Source: Smithella sp. (GTDB lineage Bacteria; Desulfobacterota; Syntrophia; Syntrophales; Smithellaceae). From it: DNA of 64,000 bases. Where the stretch lies: positions 1,064 to 65,063 of the forward strand of contig JAAZHX010000075.1 in the NCBI GenBank assembly GCA_012510495.1, read 5' to 3'. A program made the translations under genes and the position numbers. Below the pieces are notes generated by a model. The model was not told the DNA's origin, did no database searches, and was given only the letters and a program-made list of their open reading frames with translations. Positions 17,893-26,582 of the stretch are shown piece by piece (the first letter of the stretch is position 1; every line of letters begins with the position of its first letter).

Positions 17893-20800
17893 TTAGCACC
17901 GTTCCAGTTCCTTGCGGATAGCTATTCCGATCGTTTCCATCACATAGGGTTTTTTGACATATGCGCCAGCTCCGAGCAGTTGCGCTTTCCGGACGCGGTC
18001 CGTTTCCGAGAAACCGCTTACCAGAATCGTCTTCTGCTTCGGGTGGATTTCAAGAATCCTCCGGTACGCCTCCATTCCGTCCATTCCCGGCGCCATAATC
18101 ATGTCCAGAATCAGAATGTCCGCCCGGTTCTCCTTCAGATGTTCCACAGCCTCCTCCCCGCTGGAAACACTGTGGACCCGATACCCCAGCTTGGTCAGCA
18201 TCCCGGAAGCGACATCCCGCTGCTCGGCAATGTCATCCACGACCAAAACCGTCTCTCCCCTGCCCATGTACCGTTCCACCGGCGTTTGCTGCGGCGGGGC
18301 GGCCGGTTCCTCCCGGGTGGCGGGGAAATACAGGGTAAACGTCGTTCCTTCTCCCATGCGGCTTGACACATCGATATAACCGTTGTGGTCCTTGACCGTT
18401 CCCCAGACAATCGTCAGCCCCAGGCCGGTCCCGCTTCTGCCCATGGTCTTCTTCGTGTAAAACGGCTCAAAGATCTTCTCCCGGTGCTCGGCGGAAATGC
18501 CGGCCCCCGTGTCGGATACGGACAAAACGGCGTAGTTCCCCTCCCGGACCTCATCGTAGCCCACAATGGCTTTGTCCAGATAGCGGTTCTCGGTCCGGAT
18601 GGTCACCTCGCCCTCGCCGCTGATGGCCTCCGCCGCGTTGGACACCAGATTCATCAGTGTCTTCTCCAGATGGACGGGAGAGCCTTTGATGTTGAGGAGG
18701 TTCGGGTTGCATTCCACCCGGAAGGAAACGCCCGGATGATAGTCACGAATGCTCTCGAAAGCCGGGGTTTTGGCAAAACCGGAAACTATGGCATTGACTT
18801 GAATAATTTCCTCCAGGATGACTCCCCGCCGGGCCAGGGTCAGCAGGTCCTGAATGATGGCTGCGCCTTTCTCCGTGGACTGGAGGATTTTTTCAACGTG
18901 TCTCCGGGATTTCTGCCCCTCGGGAATCTCCGCCAGCAAAAGCTCGGAATATCCGGAAAGGACGCCCAGAACGTTGTTCAGATCATGGGCGACGCCGCCC
19001 GCCAGTTGACCGAGGGCCTCCATCTTCTCGGCCCGGCGCAAACGCTCTTCCAGTCTCCGCTTCTCGGCCTCGGCCTGCTTCCGGTCGGTGATGTCCAGAA
19101 TCACGCCATTAAAGATCAATCCATCCTCAATCTCGATGGGTGCAGATATCCCCCGTAGATACATCTCTTTGCCAGTCGGTTTGATGTAGCGTCCTTCGAA
19201 ACTCCACCGGCTTACGGAGCGGATTGCTTCATTGATGGACTCGAAAAATCTTTCGCGGTCTTCCGGAGCGATGCAGGCGGCAAATTTTGGGAAAAATTGC
19301 TCTGGATCATGGGGCAGCCCCAATAAATCCAGGGCGTTTTCACTGACGTAGTTGAGCCCCATGTCTCCATTGTGGCGGGCAAAGAACTGAAAGACGCCGC
19401 CAGGCAGATTGCTGGCAATTCCCCTGAATTTCTCTTCGCTGAATCGCAGGTTTTCTTCCGCCTTCCTGCGCTCCGTGATGTCGGTCATAAAATTCAGCGT
19501 CGCGGGCTTTCCTTGCCAGTTGATCAGAATCGTATCCAACTGCGCCCACAACAAACATCCGTTTTTGCAAAGTACCCGAAAAGTGTAACTCCGGGGAATT
19601 TCTTCGCTGCGAAGGCGTCTGGTATGACGGTCAATGACCATAGCGCGGTCATCTGTATGAATGAAATCGACAAATGGCCTTGAAGCGATCTCCTCGCCGG
19701 AATAACCGGTGATCTGCGTTGTCATGGGATTGAGAAACACAAGCCTGCCGTTCTGGGCGACAAAAATCGCTTCACCGGCATTTTCAAAAAGGGTACGGTA
19801 TTTCTCCTCGCTCTCCTGAAGCGCACATTCCGCCTGTCTGCGGGCGGTAACATCGTCATAGACTGCCACGATCTCCCCGGAAGGTAATTTATAAACATGA
19901 TTTTCGCGCCAGCCCGAAATCCGGTTATCCTGATAAAATGAAATGTCGTGATCTTCGGAATTACCCGTCTTCCAGACCCGTTGAAAAACCGAAAAGAGTC
20001 CGAAATGGCTGACCGCCGGGAAGGCCTCCGTTACCCGTTTACCCAGGATTTCCTCCTTCTGAATCTTTTCCATCCGCTCAGCCGCGGCATTGAAATCCCG
20101 GATCACGAAATCCGTCCCGTCTTCAACGGCTTCATAGATCGCAACGCCGCTGCCCATGTGTTCAAAGAGCTTGTGGTAGCGGTTTTCGCTGGTTCGGAGC
20201 GCCTCCTTCGCCTGTTTGCGTTCGCTTATATCGCGGCAGACATTGACGAGGCCGAAAGGCGTTTGGTCTTCGTTTCGTAAGACATCGCCATTGACTTCAA
20301 AAGGAATTACTCTCCCGTCTTTCATGATAAGACGATATTCCTGCGGCCCCAGTCTGCGCTCCATCATCAGAAAAGTGTTTTGAATCGCCCTGCTTTGGTC
20401 TTCAGGGACAATGAAGTTAATCATATTCCGGCCAAGGATTTCCTCCCGAAGGTAGCCGCTGAACTGCAAAGTGTTGTCGTTCACAAAGAGGATCTTTCCG
20501 TCAAGATCCATGCGTATGATGATGTCCGGGATCGTGTTGATGAGGCGTGTATAAATTTCCTCGTTCTCCTGCAGGGCGTCCTGCGCGTTCTTTCTCAGCG
20601 TAATATCTTCCGCAACTCCTTCCAGCCACCCTTTATCCGGGATCAGTTTTGTGGATAAACGAATCCAAATGACCGAGCCGTCATTACGTCTGAATAGTGC
20701 TTCATAGTTGTCGCAGTAACCCTGCTGATTGATGATGGCCAGCATTCTCTTTCGCGCTTCAGGATCTATATATCTTTCCGCGATGTTGAAGTGACTGGAC

Positions 20801-21060
20801 AAAAGCTCTTCCCGGTTTTTAAATCCTGCAAATCGGGCCATACTGTCATTCGCTTCTATCATGAGGCCCGTGCTGATTTCTGTTCGAAACAACCCCGTTT
20901 GGGAATTCATAAAAATATTTCTATAGGTCGCTTCAGCCGCTTTCAGTTTCTCCTCTGCCCGCTTGCGCTCCGACTCGGATTGCTCCAGCTGGGCAATCCG
21001 CTTTCTTAAGGAAGCCAGTTCGCCGATCAATGTCTGTTTGGTTTTGGCTTGATCTTTCAT
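17893..21060 (-). CDS. Multi-PAS hybrid histidine kinase with receiver domain
   Basis: About 5 PAS repeats, GGVAHDLNN H-box, NAAEA, DTGAG, EPFYTTK, GTGLGL, VVDD...LDMIM REC. Confidence 0.95.
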   Translation of the reverse strand: MKDQAKTKQTLIGELASLRKRIAQLEQSESERKRAEEKLKAAEATYRNIFMNSQTGLFRTEISTGLMIEANDSMARFAGFKNREELLSSHFNIAERYIDPEARKRMLAIINQQGYCDNYEALFRRNDGSVIWIRLSTKLIPDKGWLEGVAEDITLRKNAQDALQENEEIYTRLINTIPDIIIRMDLDGKILFVNDNTLQFSGYLREEILGRNMINFIVPEDQSRAIQNTFLMMERRLGPQEYRLIMKDGRVIPFEVNGDVLRNEDQTPFGLVNVCRDISERKQAKEALRTSENRYHKLFEHMGSGVAIYEAVEDGTDFVIRDFNAAAERMEKIQKEEILGKRVTEAFPAVSHFGLFSVFQRVWKTGNSEDHDISFYQDNRISGWRENHVYKLPSGEIVAVYDDVTARRQAECALQESEEKYRTLFENAGEAIFVAQNGRLVFLNPMTTQITGYSGEEIASRPFVDFIHTDDRAMVIDRHTRRLRSEEIPRSYTFRVLCKNGCLLWAQLDTILINWQGKPATLNFMTDITERRKAEENLRFSEEKFRGIASNLPGGVFQFFARHNGDMGLNYVSENALDLLGLPHDPEQFFPKFAACIAPEDRERFFESINEAIRSVSRWSFEGRYIKPTGKEMYLRGISAPIEIEDGLIFNGVILDITDRKQAEAEKRRLEERLRRAEKMEALGQLAGGVAHDLNNVLGVLSGYSELLLAEIPEGQKSRRHVEKILQSTEKGAAIIQDLLTLARRGVILEEIIQVNAIVSGFAKTPAFESIRDYHPGVSFRVECNPNLLNIKGSPVHLEKTLMNLVSNAAEAISGEGEVTIRTENRYLDKAIVGYDEVREGNYAVLSVSDTGAGISAEHREKIFEPFYTKKTMGRSGTGLGLTIVWGTVKDHNGYIDVSSRMGEGTTFTLYFPATREEPAAPPQQTPVERYMGRGETVLVVDDIAEQRDVASGMLTKLGYRVHSVSSGEEAVEHLKENRADILILDMIMAPGMDGMEAYRRILEIHPKQKTILVSGFSETDRVRKAQLLGAGAYVKKPYVMETIGIAIRKELERC

Positions 21061-21306
21061 GGGCGTGTCCCGTTCACTGGTTGATGGCCCCGTAAAAATG
21101 AATCCCGGCCCTGTGAGGTCCGGTCGCGTCTTTGGACGGGTGCTTCATTTTTACCGGGAGATTTCTAACCTATATTTGCTTTTGGGTCAAGAAATCCGTA
21201 TTATCTGAAGGGGGGGTGAAGCGGCAAAGCGGGTCTTGCCGGATGACCTTTCCGTTGATTATGAATTCAGGTTGTGCTAATCAGACATAAAATTACCGAG
21301 GCGGCG

Positions 21307-22173
21307 ATGATCGAAAGACCCGATAAAATAATTGATTTCCATGTGCACCTGTTTCCGGACAAGCTTTTCGACGCGATCCGGGAAGCCTTTCTCCGGCAGT
21401 ATAACTGGCGCATTATGCATCGTTATTACTATCGGGAGTGCATCGCCCGTCTGAGGGAGGCGGGCGCGGGCGTCATTGTGTATTCCAACTACGCCCATCG
21501 CGCCGGCATTGCCGGGGAGCTGAACCGGTGGAACGAAAAAATCCTCCGGGAGTATGACGACCTGTACTGCTTTGCCGCGTACCACCCGGATGACGACGAT
21601 GCTCTGGACATGGCCCGGCGGCTTCTGGAAAACCCGAAGATTCTCGGATTCAAACTTCAGCTCCTTGTCCAGAATTTTTATCCGTTCGATGAGCGGCTCT
21701 ATCCCCTCTACGAAATGGTCATCAGAAAGAACAAGCACATTCTCTTCCACACCGGAACTGGCCCCGTGGGGAATCAGTTTGTCGGGCTGAAGCCGTTTGT
21801 GAAAGCGCTCGATCGTTTTCCCGAACTTCCCGCCACGGTCGCCCACTTGGGTGCGCATGAATACACCGGCTTCATGGAGCTTCTGGACCGGCATCCGGGG
21901 CTTTACCTCGACACGGCCTTCTGCTTTTTGCCGCCGCCATACGAAGGGTACAACCTCGGCCCCGCTTATCTTGAAAAATATAAATCCAGAATTTTATACG
22001 GGTCGGATTATCCCAACCTGATCACGCCTTGGGAAGCGGAAATCGAGAACCTCCTGAAGATGAATCTTTCGCGGGAATTTTACGACGACATTTTTTATCA
22101 CAACGGCGCCGCGCTGATCCGGTCCCTGACGGCGCAAGGAGAGACGGGAAAATCCGGCCTCCCGTCAGGCTGA
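21307..22173 (+). CDS. Amidohydrolase family 2 protein
   Basis: IDFHVH, FHTG, VAHLG, YLDTA, LYGSDYP. Confidence 0.9.
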   Translation: MIERPDKIIDFHVHLFPDKLFDAIREAFLRQYNWRIMHRYYYRECIARLREAGAGVIVYSNYAHRAGIAGELNRWNEKILREYDDLYCFAAYHPDDDDALDMARRLLENPKILGFKLQLLVQNFYPFDERLYPLYEMVIRKNKHILFHTGTGPVGNQFVGLKPFVKALDRFPELPATVAHLGAHEYTGFMELLDRHPGLYLDTAFCFLPPPYEGYNLGPAYLEKYKSRILYGSDYPNLITPWEAEIENLLKMNLSREFYDDIFYHNGAALIRSLTAQGETGKSGLPSG

Positions 22174-22283
22174 AGAAAAGGACGCAGCGCGCTTGCAGGC
22201 TGACCCGGTGGCGCGGCTGACGTTAAAAAAACACAAGCCGGGCAAAAGCGTGAAAGAGCACCCGGGAGAAAAGGAGAAAGTCC

Positions 22284-22679
22284 ATGAACCATGTCCACCA
22301 TGTGCATCTCTTTGCGTCGGACATCGAAAAGAGCCTGGCTTTTTATAAAAATGCCTTCGGCGGAAAAATCATTCTCGACGAGAACATGGCCGGGGCGCGA
22401 AACGTGTTCATGAGGGTCGGCACGGGACGGATTCACTTCTATGACCAGGCGCCTTCCTTCTCCGGCCGGGGAAGCATCCACCATTTCGGGATTCAGACGG
22501 ATGACATCGACGGCGTTGTTGAAAAGCTCAAAGCCATGGGGACGCCTTTCAAAAAGAGCGTCACGGACATCGGCGTCTGGAAATATATCATGGTGCCCGC
22601 GCCCGATAATGTGCTCATCGAGCTGTTCCAGGTGAACCGGGACGCTCTCCCGGAGGCCTACCGAAACTATTTCGATTGA
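22284..22679 (+). CDS. VOC/glyoxalase family protein
   Basis: HHVHL, SLAFY, IHHFG, PDNVLIELFQ. Confidence 0.9.
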   Translation: MNHVHHVHLFASDIEKSLAFYKNAFGGKIILDENMAGARNVFMRVGTGRIHFYDQAPSFSGRGSIHHFGIQTDDIDGVVEKLKAMGTPFKKSVTDIGVWKYIMVPAPDNVLIELFQVNRDALPEAYRNYFD

Positions 22680-22712
22680 GGCGCCCCGAAGGAAGGCGTT
22701 CAGGCCATTTCG

Positions 22713-24137
22713 CTAGGCCGTGTTTTCTTCCCCCCGGCGCGGGCGCTTTTCCGCCCATTCGAAATAGGTTTCGATGACGTAAAGCGCCTCCTGGATGGTA
22801 GGATAAACGGGGAATCCCGCCTTGCGCAGCGAGTTGAAAGTGGAAATTCTGACGCGTTCCGCCTCCAGGTCGTTTTCCAGAAAGCACGACAGAACGGGGA
22901 TTACCGGCTTTTTGATTTGCCGGGACATTTCCATGATGCTGTCCGCGCTGTTGGTCACCTTGAGAAACAATTCCGCGTGCATGATGTATTCGACGGAAAA
23001 GTAAGGAACGATCACATCGATGTTTTCGTCTTCGTCGAGGGCTTTCATGGTGTGCAGCATCACGTTGAAGTCAAAGCCGAAGGCCCCGAGATCGACGGGA
23101 TTGGTTGTCGAGGTGTTGACCCCCATGATTTTCTCACCGATCATTTGCTGCGTGCGGGGGCTCAATTCAGGAAGCAATACCCCCGAGGAAACGGCCAGAT
23201 CGGAAAACAGCACGGAGATGCCGCCGCCCGCGCCCATGAATCCCACGCGCCTCCCGCGGGGGAGTCGTCGAGCGGTGCCGAGCATGGCCAGGTTCATCAG
23301 CTCTTCGAAATCATTGACCAGCAGGCCGCCGTGCTGCCGCACAGCCGCGGCCCAGATCGTATAATTGCTGGCCATGGCGCCCGTGTGGCTGGCCGCCGCC
23401 TTCGAGCCCAGCTCCGTTTTCCCCCCTTTGAGAATGATCACCGGCTTTTTGGCCGTCGTGCGCTTCAGTGTTTTCAGAAATTTATTCACGTCCTTGATGT
23501 CTTCCACGTAGCACGCGATCAGACGGATCTTGTCGTCATCCGCCAGATACTCCAGATAATCTTCCAGGCGCAGATCGATCTGATTTCCGTAAGAGACCAC
23601 TTTATTGAGCCAGATGCCGCGGGTGGTTGCCATGGCCACAAAGCTGGAGGTGATTCCGCCGGACTGACCCAGGAAGGCGATCGAGCCGGGCGCTTCCTGC
23701 GGTTTCGTCAGCCGGAAAGAAACTTTCGACTCAAAGCACTGAACGCCGATGCAGTTGGGGCCCACGATCCGGAGATTTCCCCTGCGGGCTTCCCGGACGA
23801 CATCGCGCTCCAGTTGCAGATTCCCCGTTTCCCCAAAGCCGGAGGTGAAGAAATGAATAAACTTGATTTGTTTGCGGACGGCCGCCCGGACAATGTCCGT
23901 GGACTGCTCAACCGGCGCGGCGACGATGGCAAAATCAACGGGTTCCGGGAGATCATCGATGGACGCACAGGTCTTCACGCCGGACACTTCAGCCCGGCGG
24001 GGATTCACGGGATACAGGGCGCCGGTAAAACCGTTCGCCTGCAGGATCTGAAAATAGGGCAGTTTCCCGCCGCCAAGATTGTCGGATGCGCCGACGACGG
24101 CGACGCTTTTGGGATAAAACAAGGGATCTAAACTCAT
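22713..24137 (-). CDS. ADP-forming acyl-CoA synthetase alpha-type subunit (CoA-binding)
   Basis: PKSVAVVGAS, GPNCIG, QSGG, AASHTGAM, NPVDL; no ATP-grasp domain. Confidence 0.9.
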   Translation of the reverse strand: MSLDPLFYPKSVAVVGASDNLGGGKLPYFQILQANGFTGALYPVNPRRAEVSGVKTCASIDDLPEPVDFAIVAAPVEQSTDIVRAAVRKQIKFIHFFTSGFGETGNLQLERDVVREARRGNLRIVGPNCIGVQCFESKVSFRLTKPQEAPGSIAFLGQSGGITSSFVAMATTRGIWLNKVVSYGNQIDLRLEDYLEYLADDDKIRLIACYVEDIKDVNKFLKTLKRTTAKKPVIILKGGKTELGSKAAASHTGAMASNYTIWAAAVRQHGGLLVNDFEELMNLAMLGTARRLPRGRRVGFMGAGGGISVLFSDLAVSSGVLLPELSPRTQQMIGEKIMGVNTSTTNPVDLGAFGFDFNVMLHTMKALDEDENIDVIVPYFSVEYIMHAELFLKVTNSADSIMEMSRQIKKPVIPVLSCFLENDLEAERVRISTFNSLRKAGFPVYPTIQEALYVIETYFEWAEKRPRRGEENTA

Positions 24138-24331
24138 GGTGCTTCTCCTTCTTCAAATTTCCTTTGCGGCAGTACCGGGAACGGATTGCCCGCAAGGGAC
24201 TCTTTTAAACCGGCGCTATATTACAGTTTTGATGAAACGTTGCAAGGAAAAATCATTGGCCGACAAGACTGTCTTGACAAACGGACCGTCGTGTCTGTAT
24301 GTTGACAAAAAATAAATTCGAGGATCACACT

Positions 24332-25264
24332 ATGTCATTTGTCAGACCGGATATTATTCGACCCCCCAGCGAGCATGCCAGCTATTATCTGCCCCTGACG
24401 TCGGGGTGTTCCAACAATTCCTGCACCTTTTGCGCGTTTTCCTTCACCCATCTCGGCATTCGCGACCTCGACGACGTGAAACGTGAAATCGACGCTATGG
24501 CTCTGTACGCAAACAGCCGCATGTGGACGGCGGGCCAGCCGGACATCGTCTATGCCATCCTCCGCCAGTGGGATAGGGAGCGGGTGTTTCTCCAGGACGG
24601 CGACGCCCTGGTTTATCCGTATCCACTGCTGATGGAGGTGCTGCAATATCTCAACGGAAAATTCCCCGCCCTGGAGCGCATTGCCAGCTACGCTACGCCG
24701 CAGGACATTTTACGGCGAAGCGTTCAGGAGCTGCGGGCGCTCAGGGAGCAGAAGCTCGGCATTCTTTATATGGGCGTGGAAAGCGGTGACGACGACGTCC
24801 TGAAGAAGATCCGGAAAAACGCCAGCCACGACCAGATGGTGGAGGCCGCCAAAAAAGTGAAGGCCTCCGGCATTCTCCTGTCCGTCACCGTGATTCTCGG
24901 ACTGGGCGGCGTCGCGGGAAGCGGGAAGCACGCGCTGGAAACGGCGAGAATTCTGACGGAGATGGACCCGGATTACGCCGGCGCCCTGACGTTGACGCTG
25001 ATTCCCGAAACGGAGCTTTACAAGGAGTGGGAGAGCGGCGCCTTCGAAATGATCACGCCGTTTGATTCGCTCAGGGAATTGAAAACGATGGTGGAACATT
25101 CAACCTTTTCCAACTGCTTTTTCAGCTCCATGCACGCTTCCAATTATTTCTCCATCCGCGGCTCGATGCCGAAGGATAAAGGCAAAGTCCTCCGGCAGCT
25201 TCAGGCGCTGCTGTCCCGGAAGGATCCCAATATGCTGCGCCCGGAATTTATGCGGGGACTGTAA
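24332..25264 (+). CDS. Radical SAM protein
   Basis: RPPSE, GCSNNSCTFC, GVESG, HASNY. Confidence 0.9.
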   Translation: MSFVRPDIIRPPSEHASYYLPLTSGCSNNSCTFCAFSFTHLGIRDLDDVKREIDAMALYANSRMWTAGQPDIVYAILRQWDRERVFLQDGDALVYPYPLLMEVLQYLNGKFPALERIASYATPQDILRRSVQELRALREQKLGILYMGVESGDDDVLKKIRKNASHDQMVEAAKKVKASGILLSVTVILGLGGVAGSGKHALETARILTEMDPDYAGALTLTLIPETELYKEWESGAFEMITPFDSLRELKTMVEHSTFSNCFFSSMHASNYFSIRGSMPKDKGKVLRQLQALLSRKDPNMLRPEFMRGL

Positions 25265-25399
25265 AAGAGACATTCCTTGTCCGTAACATACGGTAAAAAA
25301 ACGGCAAATCGGCAAACGGTTGTTTGTTTTTATGTCTTTGAAACCTGTCAGCGATGTTACCGGATACAGGATCGAAGCCGGGTCCGGCGGGGTCCGCCA

Positions 25400-26545
25400 T
25401 CAGCGCTTCAGCAGCCGAACGACCGGCCGGTACAGAAAAAGATTCCGGCGCAGAAAGCTTTCCTGATCATCGATGTCTTCCAATGAATTGCAGACGTAAG
25501 TTGCGACGAGTTCCCTCCCGCGAGCGAATTGTCGATGCTCCTTGCCGGCGTAGCAGAACGTCTGCGGATGGTATAGCGGGCTTTTCGGGTCCACTTCTCC
25601 GATGGAGGCAATGAGAGCCGCCGGCGCGCTCCACGGGCCTTCCGGTCGACGGGATGTCGCATACAGAAGCCGATCCCCCTTGTTTTCCGGCGACAGGTAA
25701 ACAGCCAGCCATTCCCCATCCTCCGCCAAATAGCGAACGCTCAGTTCGGAAAGACCGGGGGAAAAGATCATCCTGGCGTTTTTCGAGGTAACCTCCTTTC
25801 GCCAGCCGTCGGATGTCCAGTACTCAAAATGACCGGCCGGATTTTCCAGTCCGTTGACGGAAAGCCTTGCCAGAAGATTGCCGTGGACGGGAACGCCGTC
25901 TTTGACGGACCGGTACAGAGGATAGAAATAGACAAAACGGTCATGAACGACGGATGCGGTGCCCAGAGCTTCGATGCCGGGTGCGATCGCGCCGGTCCAG
26001 TCCAGGTAGTCCACCGGCCAGTCATGGGGATCTTCCGCCGAATAATCCCTGATCCGGGCGATCCTGTGGCCGACAATTTCGAAGTGGAAGGGTCTTGGCG
26101 GCCCGGGAAGCGCCCGGATGACCAAAAACGGTATGTATAAAACATGGTTGGCGATAAACGGGTCCTGGGGCCAGAACCATTGATCTCCGCCGAAGGACGA
26201 TGCGAATTTGCCGTTTGCTTTTTTCAGATAATACCGGATGGAGAATTGCTCGCCGGTGCAGGTGGAGACGGCCAGCGTCGTTCCCAGGATCACCTCCATG
26301 TCGATCCGGTCTTTTCGCTCTTTTTCTTCCGAGACGAAGGTGTCTCCGAACAGCCACAGGGAACGCCGCTCATCCAGGGCAATGGAGTAGGCGCCGTCGC
26401 CGCCGTACCAGTCGTCCTGATCGGGGAAAAAGGGCAGGCATCGGGTTGAAATTTCCCCGGTGGGGACGATGCCCGACCGGAGGGGCGCGCAGGAGGCCGC
26501 CCAAAGGCACACAAGCAGAAGAGCTATCGCGTTAAATTTCTTCAT
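25400..26545 (-). CDS. Lipoprotein, DUF4185/DUF5005-like beta-propeller
   Basis: Lipobox AASC; WYGGDGAYS, WLFGDTF, PEGPWS, YAGKEH. Confidence 0.7.
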   Translation of the reverse strand: MKKFNAIALLLVCLWAASCAPLRSGIVPTGEISTRCLPFFPDQDDWYGGDGAYSIALDERRSLWLFGDTFVSEEKERKDRIDMEVILGTTLAVSTCTGEQFSIRYYLKKANGKFASSFGGDQWFWPQDPFIANHVLYIPFLVIRALPGPPRPFHFEIVGHRIARIRDYSAEDPHDWPVDYLDWTGAIAPGIEALGTASVVHDRFVYFYPLYRSVKDGVPVHGNLLARLSVNGLENPAGHFEYWTSDGWRKEVTSKNARMIFSPGLSELSVRYLAEDGEWLAVYLSPENKGDRLLYATSRRPEGPWSAPAALIASIGEVDPKSPLYHPQTFCYAGKEHRQFARGRELVATYVCNSLEDIDDQESFLRRNLFLYRPVVRLLKR

Positions 26546-26582
26546 GATTGCCGTTTTCCCGGGCGCGAAATGCGCAGCGCCG

